Assembly: GCA_944383685.1 (NCBI GenBank)
Contig: CALWQM010000015.1
Span: 198,226-262,225, forward strand
Length of the DNA: 64,000 nucleotides
Direction of reading: 5' to 3'
From: an uncultured Clostridia bacterium
GTDB lineage: Bacteria > Bacillota > Clostridia > Christensenellales > UBA1242
Position 1 is the stretch's first letter; the number at the start of each line of letters is the position of its first letter. The notes under the pieces are model-generated. The model saw nothing but the letters and a program-made list of their open reading frames with translations, was not told the origin of the DNA and did not search any database. The translations under genes were made by a program, and so were the position numbers. Positions 28,784-39,671 of this stretch are shown piece by piece.

Positions 28784-31057
28784 ATGAAACATAATAAAAA
28801 AATGAAGAAAATTGTCAAAATCTGTCTTTTTGTTGGTTTATTCATAGTTTTTGCCCTTGTAATTTTCTTGGGAACATATTTTCTTGTAAATTATCTCAAA
28901 TACCAAAATATTCCACTTAACACCGATGCTTTAACTTCACCTGCTCTCAACATTGAAATGTTTGATAATAACAGCGAAAAAATTGAAGATGAAAACTCTT
29001 TCAATGGAAATTATGTCACAATCCACAAAATTCCAGAAAAAACAAAAGAGGCTTTTATTTCCATTGAAGATAAAGATTTTTATAAGCACAACGGCTTAAA
29101 TAAAAAAAGGATATTAAAAGCGGTTTACAACAATTTAAAGTCAATGTCACTTAAAGAAGGTGCATCCACCATAAGCCAACAATTAATCAAAAACACACAC
29201 CTAAGCAATGAAAAGACTTTTGAAAGAAAGATAAAAGAAATGGTTTTAACAAAAAAACTTGAAAAAAATTTCGATAAAGACAAAATTCTTGAATGTTACC
29301 TCAATTTAATCTATTTTGGCAACAACTGTTATGGCATTGAAAGTGCAGCAAATTATTATTTCAACAAAAGCACCGAAGAACTTGACCTAAATGAAAGTTG
29401 CCTGCTGGCTGGAATGATTAAATCTCCAAACAAATATTCCCCAATCTTAAACCCAGATAATGCCTTAAAAAGAAGAAATCTTGTTTTAAAAGAAATGGAA
29501 AAGGATGGAAAAATATCAGCAAACGATTTGATTCAAAATTCAAACAAACCTATCTCTCTTAACATTCACAAAGAAAGCATAAACAAATTAAATTCCTATT
29601 CCCAAGCAGTGATTGACGAAGCAACAAAAATCTTAAACTTGCCTGCAAAACAAATAGCCATTGGTGGCTTTAAAATTTACACTTATGAGGACAGCGAAAA
29701 ACAAGCAAACTTAATTAAAGCCCTTGAAAGCACAGATTTTAAAAATTGTGATTATGCTGGAATTGTTATTGACAACGAAAAACATGCAGTAAGTGCTTAC
29801 AGCGGACAAAGTGCTTACAAAATTTTGGATGCAAAAAGGCAAGTTGGTTCCTGCATTAAGCCTGTGCTTGTTTATGCCCCTGCTCTCAACGAAAATGTAA
29901 TCACCCCTGCGACCGAGGTTTTAGATGAAAAGGTCACAATTGGGGAATATTCGCCAAACAATGTTGGCAACAAATATAGCGGTTACATAAGTGTGCAAAA
30001 TGCGGTTAAAAATTCAGTAAACACTGTTGCAATTAAGGTTTTAAGTTATATAGGAATTGACACTGGAAAAATGTATGCTTCAAGAATGGGTTTCCATTTT
30101 GACGAAAAAGACGATAGTTACGCCCTTGCACTTGGCGGAATGACCTATGGCGAGAACCTGAAAACTTTAACAAATTCTTACACCACATTTGCAAATGATG
30201 GAAAATATGCAGATGCAAAATTCATATCTCACATAACTGACAAAAATGGAAAACTTGTTTACGAGCATAAACCAACAGAAAGGCAAGTGTTTAGAGAAGA
30301 CACCGCTTGCCTTATGACAAATATTTTAAAAGAAACTGCAAAAAGCGGAACGGCAAGAAAACTTAGTGATGTTAAGAACACAGAAGTTGCTTCAAAAACA
30401 GGAACAGTTGGAAAGAAAAATAAAAATGGTAATCTTGATGCTTACAACATTTCTTACACTCCTGAATATGCCATTGGAGTTTGGTGCGGAAATCTTGACA
30501 ATGAAACAATGTATATTTCAGGCGGAAACGAGCCAACGGAAGCGGTTAAAAAATTTATAACCAGCACAAAAATCACAGATAAGAATTTTAAGCAATCTTC
30601 TCAGGTAACCGAAGCAAAAATCGACCTACTTGAAAAAGAGGAAAATCATAGGATTGTTTTAGCAAGCCCAAACACCCCTGAAAGATACACAGAAACCATA
30701 TTATTTTCCCGCTTTAATATGCCAGAAGAAATATCAACAAATTTCATCACACTTCAAGACCTTGAAGCCACTTGCAAAAAAGAAAACAGCAATGGCACAC
30801 TGACCTTTGATGCAAAAAAACAAATCAAATATGACATCTATCTCAATGGGGAATTTTATAGAACAGTTAAGGACAAAAATAGTTTGCAAAAAATAACTTT
30901 CCCACTTAAAAAAGAGGAAAATGAGATAAAAATTGTTTACAGTTTTTTAAACTTTGAGGACTCTCCTGTTAAAGAAAAAACGTTTAAACTTTTGAACAAA
31001 AATGCCTGGCACAAAGAACTTGAAAAACAAAAACACAGCGATAAGTGGTATATTTAA
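28784..31057 (+). CDS. class A penicillin-binding protein (glycosyltransferase GT51 plus transpeptidase)
   Basis: GT51 motifs EDKDFYKHNG and GASTISQQL. Transpeptidase SxxK (GSCIKP), SxN (SVNT) and KTG (KTGT). The start was taken at MKHNKKMKK before the TM anchor; the track ORF begins at 28676 inside the divergent miaB start region. Confidence 0.85.
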   Translation: MKHNKKMKKIVKICLFVGLFIVFALVIFLGTYFLVNYLKYQNIPLNTDALTSPALNIEMFDNNSEKIEDENSFNGNYVTIHKIPEKTKEAFISIEDKDFYKHNGLNKKRILKAVYNNLKSMSLKEGASTISQQLIKNTHLSNEKTFERKIKEMVLTKKLEKNFDKDKILECYLNLIYFGNNCYGIESAANYYFNKSTEELDLNESCLLAGMIKSPNKYSPILNPDNALKRRNLVLKEMEKDGKISANDLIQNSNKPISLNIHKESINKLNSYSQAVIDEATKILNLPAKQIAIGGFKIYTYEDSEKQANLIKALESTDFKNCDYAGIVIDNEKHAVSAYSGQSAYKILDAKRQVGSCIKPVLVYAPALNENVITPATEVLDEKVTIGEYSPNNVGNKYSGYISVQNAVKNSVNTVAIKVLSYIGIDTGKMYASRMGFHFDEKDDSYALALGGMTYGENLKTLTNSYTTFANDGKYADAKFISHITDKNGKLVYEHKPTERQVFREDTACLMTNILKETAKSGTARKLSDVKNTEVASKTGTVGKKNKNGNLDAYNISYTPEYAIGVWCGNLDNETMYISGGNEPTEAVKKFITSTKITDKNFKQSSQVTEAKIDLLEKEENHRIVLASPNTPERYTETILFSRFNMPEEISTNFITLQDLEATCKKENSNGTLTFDAKKQIKYDIYLNGEFYRTVKDKNSLQKITFPLKKEENEIKIVYSFLNFEDSPVKEKTFKLLNKNAWHKELEKQKHSDKWYI

Positions 31058-31171
31058 AAAATTTTGAAAATAAAAATAATTACAATATTAAACGAAAAAA
31101 CACTTTACAATTTAGTAATAAATCTTATAAAAAACTAATTTTAAACACAAAAATACATTTAATAACATAAT

Positions 31172-31206
31172 AAAAAACACCAACTTTTGTTGGTGTTTAA
31201 TTTTTA
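31172..31206. terminator. bidirectional terminator between the PBP gene and recA
   Basis: AAAAA-CACCAAC-TTTT-GTTGGTG-TTTAATTTTT. Confidence 0.75.
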
Positions 31207-32250
31207 TTCTTCGTCTTGTGATTCTTCATCATCCCCTGAACTTAAAACATCTTCTGGTTTAGACATTGACATTTCTTTAACCTTTGCTTCAATTTCATTC
31301 ATAAGGTCAGGATTCTTTTCAAGTGTTTGTTTTGTGTTTTCCTTTCCTTGCCCGATTTTTTCATCATTATAAGAGAACCAAGCGCCTGATTTTTTGATTA
31401 TACCAAGAGCAAGAGCCATATCAACAATACAGCCGGATTTTGAAATTCCTTGGCCATACATAATGTCAAATTCAGCGGTTTTAAATGGAGGAGCAAGTTT
31501 ATTTTTAACAACCTTAACTCTTGTTTTGTTTCCAATAATGTTTGTGCCGTCCTTGATGACATCAGCCTTTCTAACATCCAAACGAATGCTTGCATAGAAC
31601 TTCAAAGCCTTTCCACCTGTGGTTGTTTCAGGTGAACCAAACATAACGCCAACTTTTTCACGAAGTTGATTAATGAAAATCACTGTTGTGTTGCTTTTGC
31701 TTGTGATTGATGTAAGTTTTCTTAAAGCTTGGCTCATCATTCTTGCTTGAAGTCCAACATGGTTGTCGCCCATTTCGCCGTCAATTTCAGCCTTTGGTGT
31801 GAGTGCAGCAACTGAGTCAACAACAATAACTGCAAATGCACCAGAACGCACAAGTGTGTCACAAATATTAAGCGCTTGTTCGCCGTTATCTGGCTGAGAA
31901 ACATAAAGTTCACTTGTGTTAACGCCCAATTTTTCAGCATATACAGGATCAAGAGCATGTTCCGCATCGATAAATGCACATGTTCCGCCAAGTTTTTGTG
32001 CTTCGGCAACAATATGAAGCGAAACGGTGGTTTTACCAGAAGATTCTGGTCCATAAATTTCCACAATTCTGCCCCTTGGAATACCGCCAATGCCAAGAGC
32101 AACATCCAGTGTCAAACACCCAGTTGGTATAACATCAACTTTTTGATATGCTTGTTTACCAAGCTTCATGATTGCACCCTTTCCAAATTGTTTTTCAATT
32201 TGAAGAAGTGCTTGGTCAAGAGATTCTTCTTTCGATTTTACTTTTTCCAT
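31204..32250 (-). CDS. recA: recombinase RecA
   Basis: Walker [10 protein letters not shown], the L1/L2 regions and an acidic C-terminus; unmistakable RecA sequence. Confidence 0.98.
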   Translation of the reverse strand: MEKVKSKEESLDQALLQIEKQFGKGAIMKLGKQAYQKVDVIPTGCLTLDVALGIGGIPRGRIVEIYGPESSGKTTVSLHIVAEAQKLGGTCAFIDAEHALDPVYAEKLGVNTSELYVSQPDNGEQALNICDTLVRSGAFAVIVVDSVAALTPKAEIDGEMGDNHVGLQARMMSQALRKLTSITSKSNTTVIFINQLREKVGVMFGSPETTTGGKALKFYASIRLDVRKADVIKDGTNIIGNKTRVKVVKNKLAPPFKTAEFDIMYGQGISKSGCIVDMALALGIIKKSGAWFSYNDEKIGQGKENTKQTLEKNPDLMNEIEAKVKEMSMSKPEDVLSSGDDEESQDEE

Positions 32251-32396
32251 TACAAAACTCCATTAATTAAATTTATATAATATATTATACTTTATATCCT
32301 ATCCAATTTCAAAATAATTTTCAAACATTTCAATGAAATTTTTATCTTTAAGCAATCTAAGCAAAGAAATAATGAAAAGAAAAAATAGGATACATC

Positions 32397-33125
32397 CTAT
32401 TTTTCATTTTTTTCTAAGTTTTCTGCCTCAGCAATCTCAACATTTTCTTTTACATTTTTTTCAACGATAGCTTCTTTATTCTTTTTATCTTCGTTTTCTT
32501 TACTATCTTTAAAAACGTGTTTGTTTTTAATTAAATAGTTGCAAGCTGAAACAATAGTTAAAATTATTGTGATAGCCAAAAGAACATAACCAACTAAACT
32601 TAAAACTGTGTTTGCAACACCTGCAATCGCATAGTAAAATTCTTCAACAATGAAAGCATAAAGGAAGTAGTAAATAAGGGTTATAAATTGAAAAGTTGCC
32701 TTAACCTTTCCATAAATGTCCGCATTAAGGACCACCCCCTTAGATGCAGCAAGGGAACGAAGCGCCATAATAACAAGCTCTCTTGCAATAACAATGATCG
32801 CTGCAACTATACCAACATAGTAAGGCATAAGAATTGGAAGACTTGTTCCATTTCCGCCATTTGCAGTTATTGGGCTTGCAACAATAAGAAGAAGCCCACT
32901 CATAACTAAAAGTTTATCCGCAACTGTATCAAAAAATGAGCCTAATGTTGTGACCAAATTTCTTTTTCTTGCAATATGTCCATCCAAGAAATCTGTTAAG
33001 CAAGCAACAGTAAAAATTATTGCTGCAACAAGTTTTCCATAAGGAATAAAATCTGCAAGATAAAAGAAAATGAAAACTGGAATTAAACATAACCTACAAA
33101 GAGTTATTCTATTTGGAAGATTCAT
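32397..33125 (-). CDS. pgsA: CDP-diacylglycerol--glycerol-3-phosphate 3-phosphatidyltransferase
   Basis: CDP-alcohol phosphatidyltransferase motif DFLDGHIARKRNLVTTLGSFFDTVADKL. Start at MNLPNRITL with an AAAGGAG RBS. Carries a C-terminal Lys/Glu-rich extension of about 45 aa. Confidence 0.9.
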   Translation of the reverse strand: MNLPNRITLCRLCLIPVFIFFYLADFIPYGKLVAAIIFTVACLTDFLDGHIARKRNLVTTLGSFFDTVADKLLVMSGLLLIVASPITANGGNGTSLPILMPYYVGIVAAIIVIARELVIMALRSLAASKGVVLNADIYGKVKATFQFITLIYYFLYAFIVEEFYYAIAGVANTVLSLVGYVLLAITIILTIVSACNYLIKNKHVFKDSKENEDKKNKEAIVEKNVKENVEIAEAENLEKNEK

Positions 33126-34440
33126 AAACTTCTCCTTTAAAATTTTCACCATCAAAAGATTGAAAATTCACATATACGAAATCGCCAACTTTGATATTTC
33201 CATTATCCACAATTTGAACACCAAAGTCAACTGTTGGAGATAAAAATTCAGTGTGTCCAACAAAAAATCCTGTCGATTCGTCAAAATAGTCAATAAGTGT
33301 TTTATAATTCTCGCCCAGCATTTTCAATGCATGTTCAAAGGCAATCTTGTTTTGCAATTTTTGAATGACTTTTAAGCGATGTTTCTTTGTCAATTCCGCC
33401 TTTTGTTTGTCCATAAAATAACTTGCCGTGTTTTCTTCTCGATAATATGGAAAAAAGCCTGCATAATCAAACTTAACTTCTTTCAAAAAGTCGCAAAGCT
33501 TTATAAAATCTTTTTTGGTTTCACTTGGGTAGCCGACAATAAAAGTTGAACGAATGTAAATATCTTTATAATCATTTCTCATAAGGGCAATTAGCTCTCT
33601 TGTTTTTTCTTCGTCAAGTTTTCTGTGCATACTCTTCAAAATTCGATCTTCAATATGTTGCAAAGGAATATCAACATACTTACACATCTTTGGCTCACTT
33701 TCAATGAAATCTAAAAGTTCTTTTGTTGTCTTTTCAGGATAAATATAATGCAACCTTATCCACTCAATTCCCTTAATTTTAACAAGCTTTTTAAGAAGTG
33801 CAATAAGTTTATTTTCGCCATATAAGTCTTCGCCATATCTTGAAACATCTTGTGCAACAAGGATAAGTTCTTTCACTCCGCTATTTGCAATAAAATTCGC
33901 TTCTTCAACAACATCTTCAATAGGAAAACTCTTATAGCCACCTCTAATTCTTGGAATAGTGCAAAATGAGCATCCATTACTGCATCCGTCTGCAATTTTT
34001 AGATATGCGTAAGAGCCTCTGCTGGTAAAAATTCTTCCTTTTGCATTTTTAGGCTTTGTGTTTTTCACATTGTATAGATTTTCAATTATTTCACAAATTT
34101 TATCATTTTCTTCAAGAGTTAAAAATGCATCAACCTCTTTAATTTGTTGTTCAAGTTCCTTCTTATGCCTTTGTGGTAAACAGCCTGTAACAATCACTTT
34201 TTCAACTTTTTTATTGCTTTTAAGAAGGCAAACATCAAAAATGTTTTCAAGGGCTTCCTTTTTTGCAGGTGTGATAAAAGCACAGGTATTCACAATCACA
34301 ATATCTGCATCTTCCACGTTTTCAACAATTTGAAAGCCATAATCTTTTAATTTAAAAAGCATTTTTTCAAGGTCAACACGATTTTTGTCGCAACCAAGCG
34401 AAATTGCAGAGACCTTTTTATCCTTTAAAATCGTTTCCAT
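33109..34440 (-). CDS. rimO: ribosomal protein S12 methylthiotransferase RimO
   Basis: MTTase N-domain, radical-SAM CSNGCSFC and a C-terminal TRAM domain; conserved rimO-pgsA-recA order. Confidence 0.88.
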   Translation of the reverse strand: METILKDKKVSAISLGCDKNRVDLEKMLFKLKDYGFQIVENVEDADIVIVNTCAFITPAKKEALENIFDVCLLKSNKKVEKVIVTGCLPQRHKKELEQQIKEVDAFLTLEENDKICEIIENLYNVKNTKPKNAKGRIFTSRGSYAYLKIADGCSNGCSFCTIPRIRGGYKSFPIEDVVEEANFIANSGVKELILVAQDVSRYGEDLYGENKLIALLKKLVKIKGIEWIRLHYIYPEKTTKELLDFIESEPKMCKYVDIPLQHIEDRILKSMHRKLDEEKTRELIALMRNDYKDIYIRSTFIVGYPSETKKDFIKLCDFLKEVKFDYAGFFPYYREENTASYFMDKQKAELTKKHRLKVIQKLQNKIAFEHALKMLGENYKTLIDYFDESTGFFVGHTEFLSPTVDFGVQIVDNGNIKVGDFVYVNFQSFDGENFKGEVYESSK

Positions 34441-34585
34441 AATTTCCTTCTTTTTGTAAATTTAAAGTTTTTTTTAAACTTATAAGTTGATTATAATGAA
34501 AATTTTTATAAAATCAATAGAAAATTTAATTTTTTAAATTTAAGTTGTCAATGCCAAACATTTTTCTTTTTATTTCAGTTTTACA

Positions 34586-37399
34586 TTAATCATATTGGTC
34601 ACCAAAAATTTCCTTAAATTCTTCCATAGTTGTGTAAACTGTTCTTCCCTTCACCCCATCCGCAGGAGAGATATAGCCAGCCGCTTCCATTTGGTCAATA
34701 ATTCTTGCCGCCCTTGGATAACCGATGGCAAACTTACGCCTAATCATGGTTGCAGAAGCCTGCTTACACTCAATGGATGCTTTAAGAGCAAGTGGTAAAA
34801 GTTCATCCATCTCATTGTTGACCATTGCATTAGGGTTTTGATTTTTATTTGGATTTAAAATTTGTTCTTCAACATCTTTATCAAAAATAGGTTTGTTGTT
34901 ATCACGAACATAATCCACAATTCTGTTTGTTTCACCAGTGGTTATAAAACATGCTTGAACACGTTTTGGCTCTTGTGCTCCAACCGGATAATAAAGCATA
35001 TCCCCTTTGCCAAGAAGTTTTTCTGCGCCCACCCTATCTAAGATTGTCATAGAGTCCACAGCACTTGTAACAGCAAACGCAATACGAGATGGGAAGTTGG
35101 ACTTAATAAGCCCGGTAATAACATCAACAGATGGTCTTTGGGTTGCCAAAATTAAGTGGATGCCAGCAGCACGAGATTTTTGTGCCAAACGAATAATTTT
35201 TTCTTCAACTTCCTTCTTGCCAGTCATCATAAGGTCTGCAAGTTCGTCCACAATAATAACAATAAACGGCATCTTTTTAACCTTACCAGAAACCACATCT
35301 GGTGTTTGGTTATATTCATCAATGTTTTTTACCCTTGCAAAACCCAAAATCTCAAAACGTTTTTCCATTTCCGTAACAGCCCAAGCAAGGGTGTTGATTG
35401 CTTTTTGCGTGTCACAAACAACATTAGGCATAATAAGATGTGGCAAGCCGTTATATGAAGTAAATTCAACACGTTTTGGGTCAACAAGAATAATCTTCAC
35501 TTCTTCTGGTGAGGCCTTGTAAATTAAACTTAAAATGATGGAGTTTAAGCACACGGATTTACCAGAACCAGTTGAACCAGCAACCAAAAGGTGTGTTAAC
35601 TTCTGCATATTGCAAGTGATGATGTTGCCAGTGATATCTTTTCCAAGGGCAAAAGTAAGTGGAGAAGAACTTTCTTTAAATTCCCTACTTTCAAGCACAT
35701 CTCTAAGGCTGACAGTTGCAATGCTTTTGTTTGGCACTTCAACACCAACAACACTTTTGCCAGGAACTGGCGCTTCAATTCTTATTGAGCCTTCTGCGGC
35801 AAGAGAAAGTGCAATATCATCAGCACGATTTTTGATTTTTGAAACAGAAACACCCTGTGGCATTTCAAGTTCATATCTTGTTACAGCTGGGCCAACAACA
35901 ACTCCCTGAACCTTGGCAGGAATACCAAAGTTTTCCAAAGTGTTTTCAAGAAGAACTCTCTTTTCGGCAACATCTTCATTAAGTGTTGAAAGGTCAACCG
36001 ATTTTGTTGTTATGAAATCAATAGGTGGTTTTTCATAGACATAAGGTTCTTCATTTATTTCTTCCTTTTCAAGGGCAGGTTCAGGTTCACCTCGCCTCAA
36101 ATTGAAGTTTCGGTCATTTCTTTCAGGAAACTCAGGCGCAAAAGCATTATCTCGCCTAAGCATGTTGTCGCCACTTCTATTTAATCCCCTGTCAAAACTT
36201 CTATCGTTAAAATTCCTATTATTAAAATCTCTGTCACGGCTTGCAAAAGATGTGTTTTCCTCAGCATGTTCATACATTTCTGGGTTCTCAGCTTTTTCTT
36301 CCATAACAGCAGAACGAATGATATCGTCAGCCTGAGAAATCAAATCTCCATCATCTTCTTCAACAGTTTCTTGTGGTTCATTCTTAACAAAAGGATTATC
36401 AACATTTTTAAACTCATCAGTTCTAACTTCTTGAACAACATTTCCATTTTCATTTTCAATAGTGCTGTCAGCATTGTCAAAATTGTCAAGCTTCATTTCT
36501 TCTTGTTTTAAAACAGAAACATTTGCATTTACTTCTTCTTTTGAAGGAGCATCTTTTTTGTTTAATTCTTTAAAATATTGCTCATAGTCAATCTCAGGTG
36601 GAGTTAAAATAAGTTCCCTTAAAGACTTTGGCTCAGTCTTTTTAACTTCTTCCTTTTTAACAGGCTTTTCATCATCAAAATAGCCGTATGCCTTATTGCG
36701 TTTTTTGTCAAGCCCAAGAATTTCCCTTGCTGTTAAAGTTTTCTTTTCTTCTTCTTTTTCTTCTTGAATATTTCCATTCAAAACAACATTAACTTCTTCT
36801 TGTTTTTGAACTTTTTGAGGTTCTTCTGGACGCAAAGGAAGAGGATTAACAACTTTCTTTTCTTTTACCTGCACCTTTGCAACTCCCTTATTTTCCACCC
36901 TTCTAAACACATTAAGACTATCCAAAAACAGTGCCAGACAAAGAAGAAATGCCAAACTTAAAATAATGTAAGCACCCACAGATTTTGCAAGGTAGAGAAG
37001 TGGTGTTGTGATAATTCCACAAATAATTCCGCCAGCCGTCCATTTCTTTGAATAGTTACTTCCAAGATATTGCCAAAAACTCATTTCATTGCCATTCCCA
37101 ACAATGATAAGTTGAATAATACACAAAAGGAAAAAGACCATAAGACACATGCTGATGATATAACGTTTACTCATAACATAGCGCCTGTTATTCACAAGAG
37201 CAAGTCCAACAATAAACAAAATTAAAAAAAGTGCATAGGCAAACACACCAAAAACACCAAGCAAAAAAGTGTACATAGCATCCCAAATACCTGTCAAAAA
37301 CAGATAAGCCACAGACGAGATACCAATAAGAGTGAAACCAACAATTTTTTTCACATTTTTTTCGCCATTCTTTTTTGAATTGAGTTTATAAACTGCCAT
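34586..37399 (-). CDS. ftsK: DNA translocase FtsK/SpoIIIE
   Basis: N-terminal TM helices, a long low-complexity linker, motor domain with Walker A GSTGSGKSV, and a C-terminal gamma winged helix (MIRRKFAIGYPRAARIIDQME). Confidence 0.95.
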   Translation of the reverse strand: MAVYKLNSKKNGEKNVKKIVGFTLIGISSVAYLFLTGIWDAMYTFLLGVFGVFAYALFLILFIVGLALVNNRRYVMSKRYIISMCLMVFFLLCIIQLIIVGNGNEMSFWQYLGSNYSKKWTAGGIICGIITTPLLYLAKSVGAYIILSLAFLLCLALFLDSLNVFRRVENKGVAKVQVKEKKVVNPLPLRPEEPQKVQKQEEVNVVLNGNIQEEKEEEKKTLTAREILGLDKKRNKAYGYFDDEKPVKKEEVKKTEPKSLRELILTPPEIDYEQYFKELNKKDAPSKEEVNANVSVLKQEEMKLDNFDNADSTIENENGNVVQEVRTDEFKNVDNPFVKNEPQETVEEDDGDLISQADDIIRSAVMEEKAENPEMYEHAEENTSFASRDRDFNNRNFNDRSFDRGLNRSGDNMLRRDNAFAPEFPERNDRNFNLRRGEPEPALEKEEINEEPYVYEKPPIDFITTKSVDLSTLNEDVAEKRVLLENTLENFGIPAKVQGVVVGPAVTRYELEMPQGVSVSKIKNRADDIALSLAAEGSIRIEAPVPGKSVVGVEVPNKSIATVSLRDVLESREFKESSSPLTFALGKDITGNIITCNMQKLTHLLVAGSTGSGKSVCLNSIILSLIYKASPEEVKIILVDPKRVEFTSYNGLPHLIMPNVVCDTQKAINTLAWAVTEMEKRFEILGFARVKNIDEYNQTPDVVSGKVKKMPFIVIIVDELADLMMTGKKEVEEKIIRLAQKSRAAGIHLILATQRPSVDVITGLIKSNFPSRIAFAVTSAVDSMTILDRVGAEKLLGKGDMLYYPVGAQEPKRVQACFITTGETNRIVDYVRDNNKPIFDKDVEEQILNPNKNQNPNAMVNNEMDELLPLALKASIECKQASATMIRRKFAIGYPRAARIIDQMEAAGYISPADGVKGRTVYTTMEEFKEIFGDQYD

Positions 37400-37419
37400 A
37401 GCACCCCCAACTATAAAAT

Positions 37420-37447
37420 ATTATAACACTAAAAAAGTAATCTTCAA
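37420..37447 (-). promoter_or_regulatory. candidate ftsK promoter
   Basis: Minus strand reads TTGAAG - 16 nt - TGT TATAAT (extended -10), then a GGGGGTG RBS before the ATG at 37399. Confidence 0.45.
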
Positions 37448-37800
37448 AACATTTTAATAATTAAATTAAAATTTTATATAATAAATTAACTCTTAAACAT
37501 GTAATAATTTGCAAAAACGTAAAGAAAATTTTTTACAATTATCATTGCGGAAAAACTTTTGACTGCCTTTAAAAGTTTTACCTTAATTTAAAAAATTAAC
37601 AATACAAATTTAAAATGCCTTTTTTAATCTAATAAAAATCTAATTTTTTGATAACAAAAAACAAACTAAAATATAAATTCAAAACCTACTTTTTTATTAA
37701 AAAATTGTTAAAAAATGACAATTTTTAGCATTTTTTTGCAAAAATAATTAATTTTTTATACTTTTTTAAAAATTTAGACAAAATGAAAAACTAAAAATTA

Positions 37801-38520
37801 TCAAGTCAAAGCATCACTAACCGTGGTCAATTTAAAGCCTTTCGACTGCAACTCAACGATAATATTTTCAAGCGCTTCCAAGGTTTTCTGTGTTGGGTGC
37901 ATCAAAACCAAATCTCCACCTTTTGCATTTTTAATTGTTCGACTATAAATCAAATTAGCATCTTTATCTCTCCAATCAATTGTATCTCTCGTCCACATAA
38001 TTGTTTGGTAAGAAAGTTCATTTGCAACTTCAACAGTTGTCTTGGAATAAGCACCACTTGGTGGAGCAAAAAGTGTCATATCAATTCCAAGTAAATCTTT
38101 CACAATGTTATGAGTTGTCAAAATTTCCTTTTTGTTATCCTCCCTTGAAAGTTTATCTTGGTCTTTATGGCTGTATCCATGGTTTCCAATTTCATGGCCT
38201 TTTTCATAAATTTTAGTTAACATATCACTTTCTTTGACCGCCCATGTTCCGCCAACAAAAAATGTGGTTTTCACATCATACTTATCCAAAATATCAAGCA
38301 TGCCATCAAGATATTCCGTTCCCCAATAAACATTAATCATCAAAGAAATTTTATTACTGTTTTCATTTCCACTATAATAAACCCCATTGACAACAGATGA
38401 TGTGGAAACTAAATTTACCCCAAGTATTGCAAATGTTGTCACAACCCCAAGCATAATAAAGATTAACAGGTTAACAAATTGCCTTCTAAAATTGATTGTA
38501 AATATTGGTAATTTTTTCAT
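37801..38520 (-). CDS. polysaccharide deacetylase family protein (PdaB-like)
   Basis: N-terminal TM anchor and a NodB-homology core INVYWGTEY...TTFFVGGTWA...GHEIGNHGYSH, resembling Bacillus PdaB. Confidence 0.8.
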   Translation of the reverse strand: MKKLPIFTINFRRQFVNLLIFIMLGVVTTFAILGVNLVSTSSVVNGVYYSGNENSNKISLMINVYWGTEYLDGMLDILDKYDVKTTFFVGGTWAVKESDMLTKIYEKGHEIGNHGYSHKDQDKLSREDNKKEILTTHNIVKDLLGIDMTLFAPPSGAYSKTTVEVANELSYQTIMWTRDTIDWRDKDANLIYSRTIKNAKGGDLVLMHPTQKTLEALENIIVELQSKGFKLTTVSDALT

Positions 38521-38666
38521 GTTAAATCATATGCTGAAAATTTTAAAAGCATGAATGATATGCAAAAAAGACAAAAAATAACATTTTTTAACAATATTTT
38601 TATAAAAAAAGCTTAAAAATGTTATTTTTTGTAATTTATAAAAGAAAAAATAAAAAAGACTTATCT

Positions 38667-39554
38667 TTATAAGTCTTCTTCATCTTCCTCACTTTCGTAA
38701 GTTTCACTTTCATTTTCTATAAAATTTTCATCTTCTAAATCTTGACTATTTTCAGCACCTTTTGCCAAAAAATCATAATAATCATAAATCGTATCATTCA
38801 AGTCTTGCACCAAATATTTAACACTTTTAAACTTCTTTGAGGCATAATTTAAACCAATTATAAGTCCATTGATAACAAGTAAATCTTTGCTTGCACAGGC
38901 TTTTAAAATGGCATTCAATATAAAATCTATATCTTCAACATTGTCAACTTTCTTTTTTTCAAATTTAAGCCTTGCCTGAATCTCTTTACTTATTTTTTCA
39001 ATATCTGCCATAAGTTCGTCAATGCCAGGATAAACATCTTCTTCTTTTTCTTCAATCACGTTTTCTTCTTCCTTTTGAATTTTCTTTTTCTCTTTTATAT
39101 GTTCATTTATGTCGACCATTGAAACTTCGCTGTTAACTCCAAAATTTTTACAAACTATATCCCTGAAAGGCTTTAAAATTTTGTTCAAAAAGTTTTGAGT
39201 TGGAGTGGAATTATTGTCCTTAAAATAAGTTTCCAAAAATTGTGTTATGTTTATTTTTCTGCTTTGGATGTCATTCAAAAGTGTAACAATGACTGCCAAT
39301 TTTTCGTTATCATCACTAGGCATGCAAACTTTTCCATTTTTGGTTTTTGAATCTATCACAAATGTTTTTTCAAACATTTCATCTTCGTCAAAATTAGTTA
39401 AAGCATCAGCAAGCAAAGAAATCACATCTTCACTTTCACTCACCGCATCTAAAACACTTGCAAGTTTTTTGTTGATGTCTAAAAACTTTCCGCTTAACAT
39501 ATCATTGCAGGCAACCACGAATTTTTCAACAGCAATTTTATCAAATTCTTCCAT
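38667..39554 (-). CDS. hypothetical acidic protein
   Basis: 295-aa ORF with a GGGAGG RBS, a central Lys/Glu coiled-coil-like stretch and an acidic C-terminal tail (ESETYESEEDEEDL). No family recognised. Confidence 0.5.
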   Translation of the reverse strand: MEEFDKIAVEKFVVACNDMLSGKFLDINKKLASVLDAVSESEDVISLLADALTNFDEDEMFEKTFVIDSKTKNGKVCMPSDDNEKLAVIVTLLNDIQSRKINITQFLETYFKDNNSTPTQNFLNKILKPFRDIVCKNFGVNSEVSMVDINEHIKEKKKIQKEEENVIEEKEEDVYPGIDELMADIEKISKEIQARLKFEKKKVDNVEDIDFILNAILKACASKDLLVINGLIIGLNYASKKFKSVKYLVQDLNDTIYDYYDFLAKGAENSQDLEDENFIENESETYESEEDEEDL

Positions 39555-39671
39555 ACTGCCTCCCTAAACCATTTATATCTTATCACAATTATAAAAAAAA
39601 TCAAATTAAAATACAAAGATAATTGATTTTTTATTCTATTCATGGTAAAATCTTTAAAGAGTAGGAAATAA

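Noticed and set aside
35007-35522. 171-aa and 100-aa plus-strand ORFs inside ftsK
   Set aside because: They are antisense to the highly conserved FtsK motor domain, so they are almost certainly non-coding shadow frames.
37448-37800. Unusually long (~350 bp) AT-rich non-coding stretch between the PdaB-like gene and the ftsK promoter
   Set aside because: I looked for small ORFs, DnaA boxes, a dif-like site and structured-RNA signatures and could not support any of them. The sequence is very A/T-rich with almost no G+C, and no convincing stems were seen. It is probably just promoter or curved spacer DNA.
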